Assembly (NCBI RefSeq): GCF_052425735.1
Contig: NC_135761.1
Location: 2,108,001 to 2,172,000 of the forward strand
Length of the DNA stretch: 64,000 nucleotides
Reading direction: 5' to 3'
DNA from: Oculina patagonica
Taxonomy: Eukaryota
Positions within the stretch are counted from its first letter, which is position 1. The number at the start of each line of letters is the position of its first letter. Shown here piece by piece: positions 11,353 through 21,575 of this stretch. Position numbers and translations under genes: made by a program. Below the pieces are notes generated by a model. That model saw only the letters and a program-made list of their open reading frames with translations, had not been told where the DNA came from and ran no database searches.

Positions 11353-13055
11353 TCTGCATCTACTTTGTATGCTGGTTTTGCTTTTGTACGATCTTAAAAA
11401 GGGCTTATTTTGATCCATACCAATAACGATTGAACTTTTTTCAAACGAAGCATCTGATGCCATAAACTTTGTCATTGAACATCTTCCCACTTACAGGTGA
11501 CGAACCATTGTTTTTGTTATGAAGTTATTGATCTAATCTATCTTTCATTAATGTTTTTCGTGTAAATAATGTGAAAACCCATAGATACAGGAGATGTGAA
11601 TGCTAAAAGCAAAACAACTTGAGCCAGTACCTGGAGTTTCCAATTAACATTTTTGTGTTAAAAAAAATGTCTAACTTGGATAACTATGTGTACAACTGGC
11701 ACTGGGAAGGAAAAAAACTGTGTTAAGTGTCGCACACAGTGGCTTTTGGTACACCTCCAAAGCACTACATCCCTCAATCCCGTCTCCTTTTATCTCTTCA
11801 TTTCTGTTTACTTTCCTTGCTACCTTTTCTCCACTTATTTCGCCCCTTACCACTGCTAATACCAATATTTTTGACAACCACTCAATATTACTTACGCCCA
11901 CCTCTTGGGACAAACACATAATTTAATACATGCAAGACTTGTTTCACAATCTGGCAGTTTTAACCAATAGACGTGAAGCCTTTTGTTAGCAAAATATATT
12001 CTTATTATCGCCCACATGGAAACCAATGTCTGTTGGCTTTGGCCTACTTTCAGTTTCGATAAACAATTTATTGAATTTCAGTTTCGATATCAATAGGCTA
12101 AATTAGCCGGAAGTCATGATGGGGTATCATCTTAAACAGTACTGGGTGTTTCTAACGCGATTGAAGTCACACAAAGGAAAAAATAACTAATTATCTGCTT
12201 TATCTCGTGGATCGTGAAACGCGTATAACGCGCGAGTTGCGTGTGGCCGAGGGGTTTTGGCCTCGTGATGGAATAGATCCCACTTCTCGCACGTTTTCGG
12301 ATAATGAACAGGAAATGTTCTGCGTTAACTGGTACCAAAAGCTAAACAGACTACATATATCATAATCAGTTCACAAGCAAATGTATATTTTGCTTTGCCA
12401 GTTTGTATATGCGTGCATCTGAGTCAGCGTTTTTTCAAGTTGTTAGCTCTTATCATCAAGCATAAAAGAAAATCAAATTAACCGAATGCGTCACTAGCGA
12501 TCATTCCTCAGTTTTATTACCTATATTAAACTCAGTTAATTTGCCTTCACTTGTTGGACTTTTTTTTCTGGTCCATTTCTTCCATAACTTTATCGCTGTA
12601 ATTTTTGCTTCAAGTAATTACAGCTGTACATACTTCAAATACAACGCCCTGAACACGCTGTTTGTAGAATTTAAGAGTGTATGCCTTACTTATCCTTACA
12701 GTTGCTAATGCTATGATCTCATTTATTGCTAGAATTGTTTTGCAGTTCGGCCTCGACTATAATATAAATACATTGCGCTACTGCTAAATATGGATTGATC
12801 TTGTTATGTACAATTATAATTTTTACACTGAAAAATGTATACAGTAGATATGGTTAAATTTCTTATAATTTAAAGCAGGCACAGATTTTCTGTAACCTTG
12901 GTCCGCTAACCGTAAGCTAATTTACGTGGTAAATAGACGCAAAGTCTCTTTCAAAGGAATTAAGTATATTTCGACCTTTGTAGCATGGCCCAAACAGTCA
13001 CAGCGCTTGGTACAACTACAGTTCAAAAACTGCCATTTTTTTTCAATGCAAAGTT

Positions 13056-13640
13056 CTAGCGAAAAGACAGCGACTCTGTAGCTTCCATTCCTTGCTTGTG
13101 CACAGCAATAGATTGCTGTAACAGCAGATATTTTCTCTTGTATGCCTCCTTCTCCTTCCAAATCTTCAGCACCTTCAATTTTCCGTCTTCCACCTGCTTC
13201 TTCAACAAGGTATTCTCATTCATCAGATCTTCCTGTTCTCGTTGTTTTCGCAGTCGACAAGTCAGGGCGTAACCCCGATTTTTCAGGTTTCTTCGTCGTT
13301 TTCTTATCTTTGCTGCCTCGTCCCACGGAATGTTCTGAAGACGCTTGTTAAGCTCTGAGACCCGAAGGTTTGCGATTTGTTCGTCGGTGATTTCCTTTGC
13401 ATCTCCGGGGCTCGATTCGTCGCCCCATGACACCGAGGATGCGTTGTCATCGTCTTGATTGACTTCCAGGTTTGTTTCACCGTTGAACAGATCTTGGATG
13501 TCGCGGTCATTTTTGTCGTCGGCCATCTTGTTGTTGTCCTCAGACAAAACGCTTTCTTCAGGCCAAGGAGAATAAAAAGCAGTGTTTGTCACCTCACTGG
13601 CGAGATACAAATCAAGCATATCACTGCAATCTTCCTCCAT
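13056..13640 (-). CDS. Maf: Maf-family bZIP transcription factor, copy 4 (subfamily A), single exon
   Basis: Close paralog of copies 2 and 3; KNRGYALTCR; ATG at 13640. Confidence 0.92.
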   Translation of the reverse strand: MEEDCSDMLDLYLASEVTNTAFYSPWPEESVLSEDNNKMADDKNDRDIQDLFNGETNLEVNQDDDNASSVSWGDESSPGDAKEITDEQIANLRVSELNKRLQNIPWDEAAKIRKRRRNLKNRGYALTCRLRKQREQEDLMNENTLLKKQVEDGKLKVLKIWKEKEAYKRKYLLLQQSIAVHKQGMEATESLSFR

Positions 13641-13780
13641 GTTATCAGTTGAAGACAAAATTAAGGTGTTCAGTTTTTTTCGAAACTGCAGTACACGTAA
13701 CGAAGAAATGACTCAGTCGTTTAGCAAATACTTCGTGCATCAATTAAACGCTTCTTGCATCAGAACGATGCCAAATGCCA

Positions 13781-13862
13781 CCAATCAGATTTCTTGTTTA
13801 TAACGTAAAGTGTGGGGAATCCCCTAACTATTGAGTTCCAAGAATTCACACTTTTCCAAGAA
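13781..13862 (-). promoter_or_regulatory. Maf copy 4 promoter: CCAAT box, kB site and two GAS motifs
   Basis: CCAATCAGAT 13781-13790; GGGGAATCCCC 13814-13824; TTCCAAGAA 13836-13844 and 13854-13862; motifs retained although flanks differ from copies 2 and 3. Confidence 0.78.
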
Positions 13863-16212
13863 TCCAGGTTCCACAGCCTTGTATGGTAACAGCTTGCTTT
13901 TTCCCATGTGAAACCTGAAAAGGACCTGTGCTGCGCCATACCAATGACATATCATTGCAAATTTTCCCAAGCCATTTTGATCGATTTCGCTGAATATTTT
14001 TCGTTTCTATGACAACAGCAATAAATACGTAAACTTTTAATAACTTTATAATAAGTAGACTCACTTGGATTACACAATGTGTCGAGGTAGTGGGAGGAGC
14101 TTATCAATGAAAAAGGAGTGAAGTTGGGGCTAGGGGCCTCATGGAGGTTTTACGGCATGTAAGTTAACATGTAAAGTAAAACATGTTTATTTTAAGAGCC
14201 CCGAGGACCCGGAAGTAAACCTGGTCCGCGTGTTATGTTTAAAACTTAATTGCGTCACATCGATGTTTGTTGCCACTCAATCCAATAAATAAAAACAGCC
14301 ATTGTGCATGATATTTACGTTTCAACATAAAAGAGTTTTACTTCAAAAATAATATGATCACTTTAAGTTATCATATTTGGTGATTTTTTTACAGAGAAAT
14401 GAAGTATTTGGGGAGGAGGTTTTGCTGGAAATCGGAGATGAGTGACAAGGGGTATAAAGGGTGTGCGCCTAAATTTGTATGTTCTGTTTATCACGATGTA
14501 GTATGGTGATATTAACTGAGTCAGCCATGCCGGAGTTTGTGTTCATAAAAGCTTTTGGGATGTGGGGAGGGGGGGGCTTTTAACTTTCTAAGGTTTACGG
14601 TTCGATAGTTTTTAGGCAATACAATTGGAAGGGATTTTTCCCTTTCTGGTTTACTTACGTCAAACGAAACGAGAATGTTCAAAGCGGAAAAACAACTTGA
14701 CTAAACTATTTACATGAAGGATTAGACTGTGTCAGCTATAAAACAACGTTGCTTAGCCTGCACATGCCTCAAATGTTTATAGAGTGCGGTAATTTTATCG
14801 TGTCGAAAAGTTTTTAAAAAATTAAATTGAAGTGGTCGAGTAGGCAAAGGTTGCGATTGCTTGGAAATTGAGGCAGGATACAAACGAGACACGCTGAATG
14901 ATTATACCAAATATTTAGTAACATTTTGGTTGTTTCCAGAGAGATTTAATGAATTTTTGCCTACATAAGTATTTACCCTGACTGTTTGGAAAGATGGGAA
15001 GGGAATTACCCTTGCTTTCTCTTTTTGCTGCGAGCATAGTACAATCACGTGACCAGGTGGTCTCAGATTTGCTTTGATTGTGTTCCTTGCAGTAATCTAC
15101 AGCTAACAGTAATCCTGTCCGACAACTTTTATTGCTCCTCAAAATTAACAGGCAGTCTTCGGTAAGGGATCTAGATGTACCAAGATCAGAAATAAGGCAT
15201 TCGCAATGTGCAGTGTTTAGCCAATCAATAAAGGGTTCTTGTGATACAGGGAAACGGGATAAATTGTTTTAAGATCACGAAATATGTATTTTTATTTAGT
15301 AAGGTCACTGTATAACGGTAGATCCAATTTAATGCCTGACTTAAACATGTTACGTATACTACGGACCTCAAAGCCGCTCGCGTGACAGTCAATGATCGAT
15401 TGTTAATTCATGATGACTGTTCAATTCAACTCGTGATAAACACTTATCATTACAGGTCATTACAGATCAGATATCAATATTTCGTCACGAGGTAAAACAT
15501 TGTTTCTTCCTTAAAACAACCTCATCAACATTTGCAGCAATGAAAGGGTATTTTTCCTTCTTCGATGCGAATGGTGCAAGACTTCATCGACCTAACCAGA
15601 TGAATAGATTCCGTACTTACAAAATTAAGGAGTCCGCAAGGGATTGCGTTATTCACTATTTATTATTGAGGCGATCACTTTAGTAAACCCTATTCTATTT
15701 ATTTTGTTCATCTAAATAAAAATATTTTTACAACAATAGGCTCCTGGCTTTTTTCTGTATGTTAGTAATGCTGGTAAGCAAGTCTTTGTTACTTGTGACT
15801 TGACCTGACTTTGATATTTCTCAATGCAAATCCAGTAAATCCAGTGTAAACAACAAGATTGCGTGACCTTCATTCAAAATGCAAATATCCGTAATGTTTA
15901 TTGAATTGTGTCAAAGATCGTAGTTATTCACTCGATAGGGAACGAAGACCCCAGAGACTGTTTGGGGAAATCGAGCCTAAATCATGCTTTGACAAAATGT
16001 GCCTTTATTCCCTACTCGAAAATCTATGGAGGTATATGCTTAATTTTATATGATTATTTGGAAGGAATAAGTAGGCTGTTTAGCATGCATGAATTCCCCG
16101 AAATTGGTTCGGGTTCTCTGAAAACCTCGTGCTCTCGGGCTTTAAGGAGTGGCGCGCCTGTTGCTTCAAATTGTCTCAAATGCGGCCTTGAAAACGACTG
16201 GTTTTTCAGCTA

Positions 16213-16391
16213 TAGTTGAATCCCGATTATTCAAACCTTCAAGGGAAATCGAAAAAGGTTCAAGTTATCGGGGGTTCGAGTTATGGAGGGCAAAATTAGT
16301 AAGAATATGGCCCGAATGGAATCGAAAACGGTTCGAGTAAACGGGACTGAGGTGCGAGTTATTGGGGGTTCGAGTTCTCGGGATTTAACTG
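16213..16391. mobile_element. Tc1/mariner(pogo)-like MITE
   Basis: Imperfect TIRs TAGTTGAATCCCGA...TCGGGATTTAACTG with TA on both sides; internal GTTCGAG repeats. Confidence 0.7.
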
Positions 16392-17522
16392 TAATTATGT
16401 CAGTGGAAACCGTTTAAAGGCATAAATAAAACACATGAAAATCAAGCTTTCAACTGTCTTTCAAGGGTCTGCTTTCAACTGGCTTTCAAGAAACTGTGAA
16501 TGAGTCGTCTTCACTTAAACCCGTATACATCCTGTAGCATACCTTACAAGCAGTCTTTATCTTCCATCACAAAACGATTGACTACTGTACAAATTGAAGT
16601 GATCATTCACCAAGATTATACAAATCCTATGAGGTTTTTTGGGTTAATAAACTTTACGAAACTTCTGGATTGATCAGGTTAACAGCACACGGGTGCAATT
16701 TCGTCATAACTGAAACGAACATTCGCAAGCCGTCCAAAACAACACCCACAACATTTCAACAACATATTTATTCTCAAAAATGGTGGGGTTTTTTTAATAT
16801 ATACTTATTTCCATCTCTTTGGCGTAATATTTTGTACAATTTCGCTCATAAATTTAAAGTAATAGCAATTAATTTAAATAACTTTGTCGTGTTGCTCTGA
16901 GACAAACGGTTTCAGTGTCAGAACATAATAATTTTAACCACAATTCGTGAAAATATGAACTATCGATTACAACGCGGAAAAAATACATCTCTATATTTAC
17001 GTATTCGTTTAAGTAGCGTATGAAAATGTTGTACATTTTAAAGTCAAAACTACTGTGGCGCTGTACAACAAATTTCACAGAAAAATAATTCGAATTAAGT
17101 TAAGAGCTTGATATCGTTCGAGTTATATATGAAATCGATACAGAAACTCCGAATTGACAAATCTTAAAATTATCCACAGCGAAATACGACTGATGGAAAT
17201 AACTTAATTAAGCGAGGTATATATACAAGTTGTACACATCACGGACGCTACTCAGGAAAGTAACTTTCCTTGGTCGCTACTCGACACTATAAACTACAAG
17301 ACTCACTTGCTACAATGAAGAAATACATGTATGTTAATCCGAGAGCCAATTACGGAGAAATAATTATAAATCAACAGTCACCCTGCAACTTGGACCTTAC
17401 ATCACTTTTGAGCTTAACAGTTTACGTTCGGTCTTTCACCCTGAATCAACGCAATCCGATAAATCCCTGGACGGAAGAAATTGTAAGACTCCAACACGCA
17501 GTCAAAATAAGCTTACTGTTTC

Positions 17523-18098
17523 TCAGCCTTTAGACGTAGGTAGCGTATAAGCAATAAAAGTCTTGTGCAATTGTTGTTCTAAATGTTCTAATTTCCTCTT
17601 GTACATGTCCCTGTCCTTCGCTGCATTACAAAGGTTTTCTTTTGCCTCGCGTAGCTGTGCTTTCAAGCGTTGGTTTTGTACTTCGAGGCTTTCCTTCATC
17701 GCTGTTCGCCTCTGTCGACAACTCGTGGCATAACCTCGGTTCTTCAAACTTCGCCTCCTCTTTCGGATCCTATGGGCCTCCACTTTCGGCAAACTTTTCA
17801 GCCGCTTGTTAAGATCTCGTATTGACATCTTAATCAAGTCCTCGTCGGAAAACAGTTCGCTATAAGCTTGCAAATTCTGTGGGCTTTGAGGCTCGCTGCT
17901 AATAGTGGACGCCGAGTCATCGAAGCCGTCGAGATTTAGTCGCGTCTGCAACAGAAGGTTCTCCAGGTTGTCTTCGCCAACAAGGTCTCCCAAACGGTGG
18001 CTCTGCGACCAGTTAGAACTGCAAACATCATTAGTATATTCCCTTTCCAGAATTTCGTCCATCGGCGAAATATCAGAGAAGAGTTCGTCGTAATCCAT
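17523..18098 (-). CDS. Maf: Maf-family bZIP transcription factor, copy 5 (subfamily B), single exon
   Basis: FSDEDLIKMSIRDLNKRLKSLP followed by RKRRRSLKNRGYATSCRQRR; ATG at 18098 (MDYDELFSD). Confidence 0.93.
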   Translation of the reverse strand: MDYDELFSDISPMDEILEREYTNDVCSSNWSQSHRLGDLVGEDNLENLLLQTRLNLDGFDDSASTISSEPQSPQNLQAYSELFSDEDLIKMSIRDLNKRLKSLPKVEAHRIRKRRRSLKNRGYATSCRQRRTAMKESLEVQNQRLKAQLREAKENLCNAAKDRDMYKRKLEHLEQQLHKTFIAYTLPTSKG

Positions 18099-18201
18099 GT
18101 TAACTAACTTGCGATCAAACCCGAAATGAAACACCTGATTGTACAAAGTCGAGCGTTATTTGATTAAAATCGGTTAACCGCTGGGGGTCGCTTGTATTCA
18201 T

Positions 18202-18349
18202 CCAATCAGATCTCAGGATTTTGACAGGTTCCCAACCCTCGCGGAGTTGTGAAACGGGGAATCCCCTAAATCGCTCGCTAGCTTTTCAGCATTTCAGCAG
18301 ACTCTCGGAGCACGTAACAGTAAAGGCCGAAGAAAAATCGTTCTAGGAA
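18202..18349 (-). promoter_or_regulatory. Maf copy 5 promoter: CCAAT box, kB site and GAS motif
   Basis: CCAATCAGAT 18202-18211; GGGGAATCCCC 18256-18266; TTCTAGGAA 18341-18349. Confidence 0.72.
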
Positions 18350-18635
18350 CTTTAAATATTGAGTATTGTTTTCTTCCCGATGAAAAAAGACCTCAACTTC
18401 ATAGCCCTTGTTCAGAAAACGGAAATTCAAACAAGTATTTTGTCGGCGATTTGCGATTACGTCATCTGTAGATTAATATATTTTTAGGCATTTTAACAGT
18501 GTTGAAGATTCAAAAATATATAACTCGAACGATCTAACTTCTAACCGAGGAGTTTGTTTTTCTTTTCGGATACCATCTGATTGTACCGTTCGAGTTATTT
18601 TCCACAGGGAGGGTAAATCGCACCAAAAACACGAC

Positions 18636-19999
18636 GGGAAAGTCCCTTTCAAGCTGCAGGCCAACACAAATAATTAAACAATGCGAAATATGTGAATATC
18701 GAATAGCTCGCCGCTCTGAAAACATTAAATCGCTAAATTCAAAAATGTAGTGAAAAAAAGGAGTGTTTTTATAGCGTAAGAAAAATTTACAAGCAAATAA
18801 TATATTTTTTATTGTGTAAAGCAATGGAATATGCCAAAACGCTTTTCATTCCAAATTTCAAGTGTCACAAACAAGGCAAAAGGGAAAAACCCCTTCGGAA
18901 GGAAAACAATGAAAGCATCTAATTTCAGATGCAAATTTCACTTTCGAAACCGATAATCGTCATTCCTAAAATAAAATTAACAATTTAATTAATTCTCTCT
19001 CGGCAGTTTTTGCCGTTTTGCCGTTAAAGTTTGTATTTTTCTTCATTGTTTTCGCTTCTTACCTTTCAACTTTAATTCTGTACTTTCATTTTGCGCTTAA
19101 TTTCATTCCAACCTCCATGGCGCATGGCTAGACTTTTGAGTAATTTGCAAAAAGGGAAAATTCCCTTAACCTTTGGGGGCCAAGAATAAATATCACTCTT
19201 CGCACGTATATTCTCCATGTTTCCTTAACAGTTTGGTTGTCAATGTCAAAACGTCAAATTTTCATTTGCGAAATATGTCAAGTAGCTGAAGCAGTCCGAG
19301 CGAGAATGCGAAATTTTTAATATAACCAGTTGTGCCTGACTGAAACGGGGGGTGCTTTCCAGCATCTTCACTGTTTGTGGGGGGAGTGGGTGGGTCGTCA
19401 AACATGGGTGAAAATAAAGTTGACATTGAGCAAACTACAAGAAAAATTCACGAAGTTTAAGTGCCTAGGCTGTTTCTCGTACTGAAACATAAAACTCTTC
19501 TCAAATCTACAACACCCGCGTACAAGGAAACGCGAAGTCCGTGATTTTCAGTTCAGACTGTCGCGTCCCGCATCTATCCCGTCCCGTCGCGTAAAGAGAT
19601 ATGTTTATGCTCGTATACATAGAACATGCATTTGGTAATGAAAACAGGACCAATATACGGCGCGGTATAGGACCAACATTTCAAAATGTTTATATTAATT
19701 TTGAGCGGACAGAGAACTTATTATTAAACACGCGATATTTTGAGGGAAATTCCCTGCCCGTGTTGTATCGATATCTTAGTTTCGATTCCAAGATGTCACG
19801 AAAATTGTTTCTAACTTTATTGAAGAGTGTAGCTAGTTAGCGCATTGCAAATTAAGATACATTTGAGGGAGCGTTGGCACAAGAACTCACTGTTTAACAA
19901 AGCATCATTTGTGCAAACAAACTGTGATGATACTCATTCTGCTGCCAAAACAATTAGGACATTGTTTTATAGAGGTGAAAAGTAATTAAGGGATTCCCC
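18636..19999. promoter_or_regulatory. Cluster of additional kB-like and IRF-like sites in the divergent intergenic region
   Basis: GGGAAAGTCCC 18636-18646; GGGAAAAACCCC 18882-18893; TTTCACTTTC 18936-18945; GGGAAAATTCCC 19154-19165; GGGAAATTCCC 19744-19754; GGGATTCCCC 19990-19999. Confidence 0.6.
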
Positions 20000-20129
20000 A
20001 AAGCTTGTTTTTGTAATACATGGTACTTTCCCTTACCTACAATAAAAACCACGCTTACCCTAATATTCAAAGCCTTTTTAACAATTTTCTCCATCTGTGA
20101 AGTTGACAGAAGAACAATTTCACACAGAA

Positions 20130-20590
20130 ATGGTTGTACCTTCTGTAGATAAATTTGGAGACGAGAGTTTTGCTTGGAATGAAATCCAAGAGATTAATGA
20201 AAATATGCCCAGTACAGGTCTGTTAAATGGCGTTTACACGATTCAAGACTCTCAAGAGTCCGGATTCGCATCAGAAAATACAGCGAGGCGTAGAGAAGCG
20301 ACTGGAAGACATCGACAAACGGATGAACGCCCCGATCCACTCAAACTGATTAGAAAGTTAACTGACGAGTACTGAAAAGATTCGATCCAAGATGAAAGAG
20401 CTTCGACGCCCCAAAAGAGCAGAGAGAAATAGAAGGAGAAGGCGGAAAGAAGAAAGGAAGGCGAGGAGGGAGAGGAAAAAACGAAAAGATGAAGTCTGAG
20501 CTCGAGTTACTCCAAGGAAAGAAGAATGAGGGCGAGGAGAAGAAACCAGAACACATCAAGACAGGACGAACGCGGACAGAGGGATAGCAG
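20130..20590 (+). pseudogene. Frameshifted bZIP-like relic (possible eighth cluster member)
   Basis: Acidic ORF from ATG 20130 to a stop at 20375; other frames give KIRSKMKELRRPKRAERNRRRRRKEE (basic-like) then NEKMKSELELLQGKK (zipper-like); kB site about 130 bp upstream of the ATG. Confidence 0.45.
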
Positions 20591-20864
20591 CGAAACCCCA
20601 GAGCCAGGAGAGGGTATAAACTGCGTGACACAGAACCATCTAAGCGCGCGACTTTTGATCACACAAGTATTTCTCTGACATTGTTGAAATACTTTGTAAT
20701 TGAAGGAACAGTCAAGTCTTTAATTTCAAACTGTATAAAAGGAAGACTTAATTTTAAAGAGCTGGCCTTCATATGCAAAACCTGATACGCCTTGTAGCCA
20801 TTCCATCAAGAATTTCGACTTGCTTTCACTCAAGTTCGAGAACGATCACACTAAACAGACTGTA

Positions 20865-20939
20865 GGGGATTCCCCGTTACGTAACCATAAGTGGGTGTAG
20901 CCAAAAATCAAATCTGTCAAAACTCCGCGCTCTGATTGG
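20865..20939 (+). promoter_or_regulatory. Maf copy 6 promoter: kB site, PAR/NFIL3-type palindrome and CCAAT box
   Basis: GGGGATTCCCC 20865-20875 abutting GTTACGTAAC 20876-20885; CTGTCAAAA...TCTGATTGG (to 20939) is shared with the copy 5 promoter. Confidence 0.75.
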
Positions 20940-21002
20940 ATGCAAGATGGATTTCCATCATGGACCCGGCCATGTGTTCATTTTACTGCTACTGGGCGCA
21001 GG

Positions 21003-21575
21003 ATGGTGAGCGAAGTGCTTTTTGCTGATGTGTCGCCCATGGACGAAATTTTGGAAAGGGATTTCACTGATAATGACTGTACTTCAAGCTGGATTCAAAG
21101 CAATTGTTTACAAGAGCTTTTTAGCGAGAAAGACGATATGGAAAACACTTTGTTGCAGTCGCCACTAAGCCATTTTGATGGCGCTGAGTCCGCCACGAGC
21201 AGCGAGCCTCAAAGCCTGCAAAGTTTGCAAGATTTCAGCCAAGAAATCACCGATGACGAGTTAACGAACTTATCCATACGGGATCTAAACCAACGCTTGA
21301 AAAGTTTACCGAAAGAGGAGGCTCAGAAGATTAGAAGGCGAAGAAGAAGCTTGAAAAACCGTGGCTACGCTACGAGCTGTAGACAGAGGCGCACAGCATT
21401 AAAGGAAAGCCTGCAAACAGAAAACCAGCGCTTGAAAGATCAGATACGCGAGGCAAAAGATCACCTTTGCAAGGCAGTGAGAGATAGGGACTCTTACAAA
21501 ACGAAATTCGACCAGTTAAACAAAGTTTATGCAACGTTAAATACACCTTCTTTTGTTATGAAACATAAACAGTGA
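21003..21575 (+). CDS. Maf: Maf-family bZIP transcription factor, copy 6 (subfamily B), single exon
   Basis: ITDDELTNLSIRDLNQRLKSLP followed by RRRRRSLKNRGYATSCRQRR; the N-terminus aligns with copy 5 from ATG 21003 (ATG 20940 abuts the CCAAT box). Confidence 0.93.
   Translation: MVSEVLFADVSPMDEILERDFTDNDCTSSWIQSNCLQELFSEKDDMENTLLQSPLSHFDGAESATSSEPQSLQSLQDFSQEITDDELTNLSIRDLNQRLKSLPKEEAQKIRRRRRSLKNRGYATSCRQRRTALKESLQTENQRLKDQIREAKDHLCKAVRDRDSYKTKFDQLNKVYATLNTPSFVMKHKQ

Larger units (their letters stand above)
6960..13870. repeat. Tandem triplication, period about 2.48 kb, each unit carrying one Maf gene plus flanks
   Basis: Landmarks recur: TATTATCGC at about 7053/9530/12004; AAAGTCTCTTTCAAAGG at about 7979/10451/12941; CDS ends at 8074/10574/13056. 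Confidence 0.9.

Noticed and set aside
8049-13803. Repeated antisense and alternate-frame ORFs over Maf copies 2-4
   Set aside because: They recur only because the Maf CDS is duplicated; no independent coding signal.
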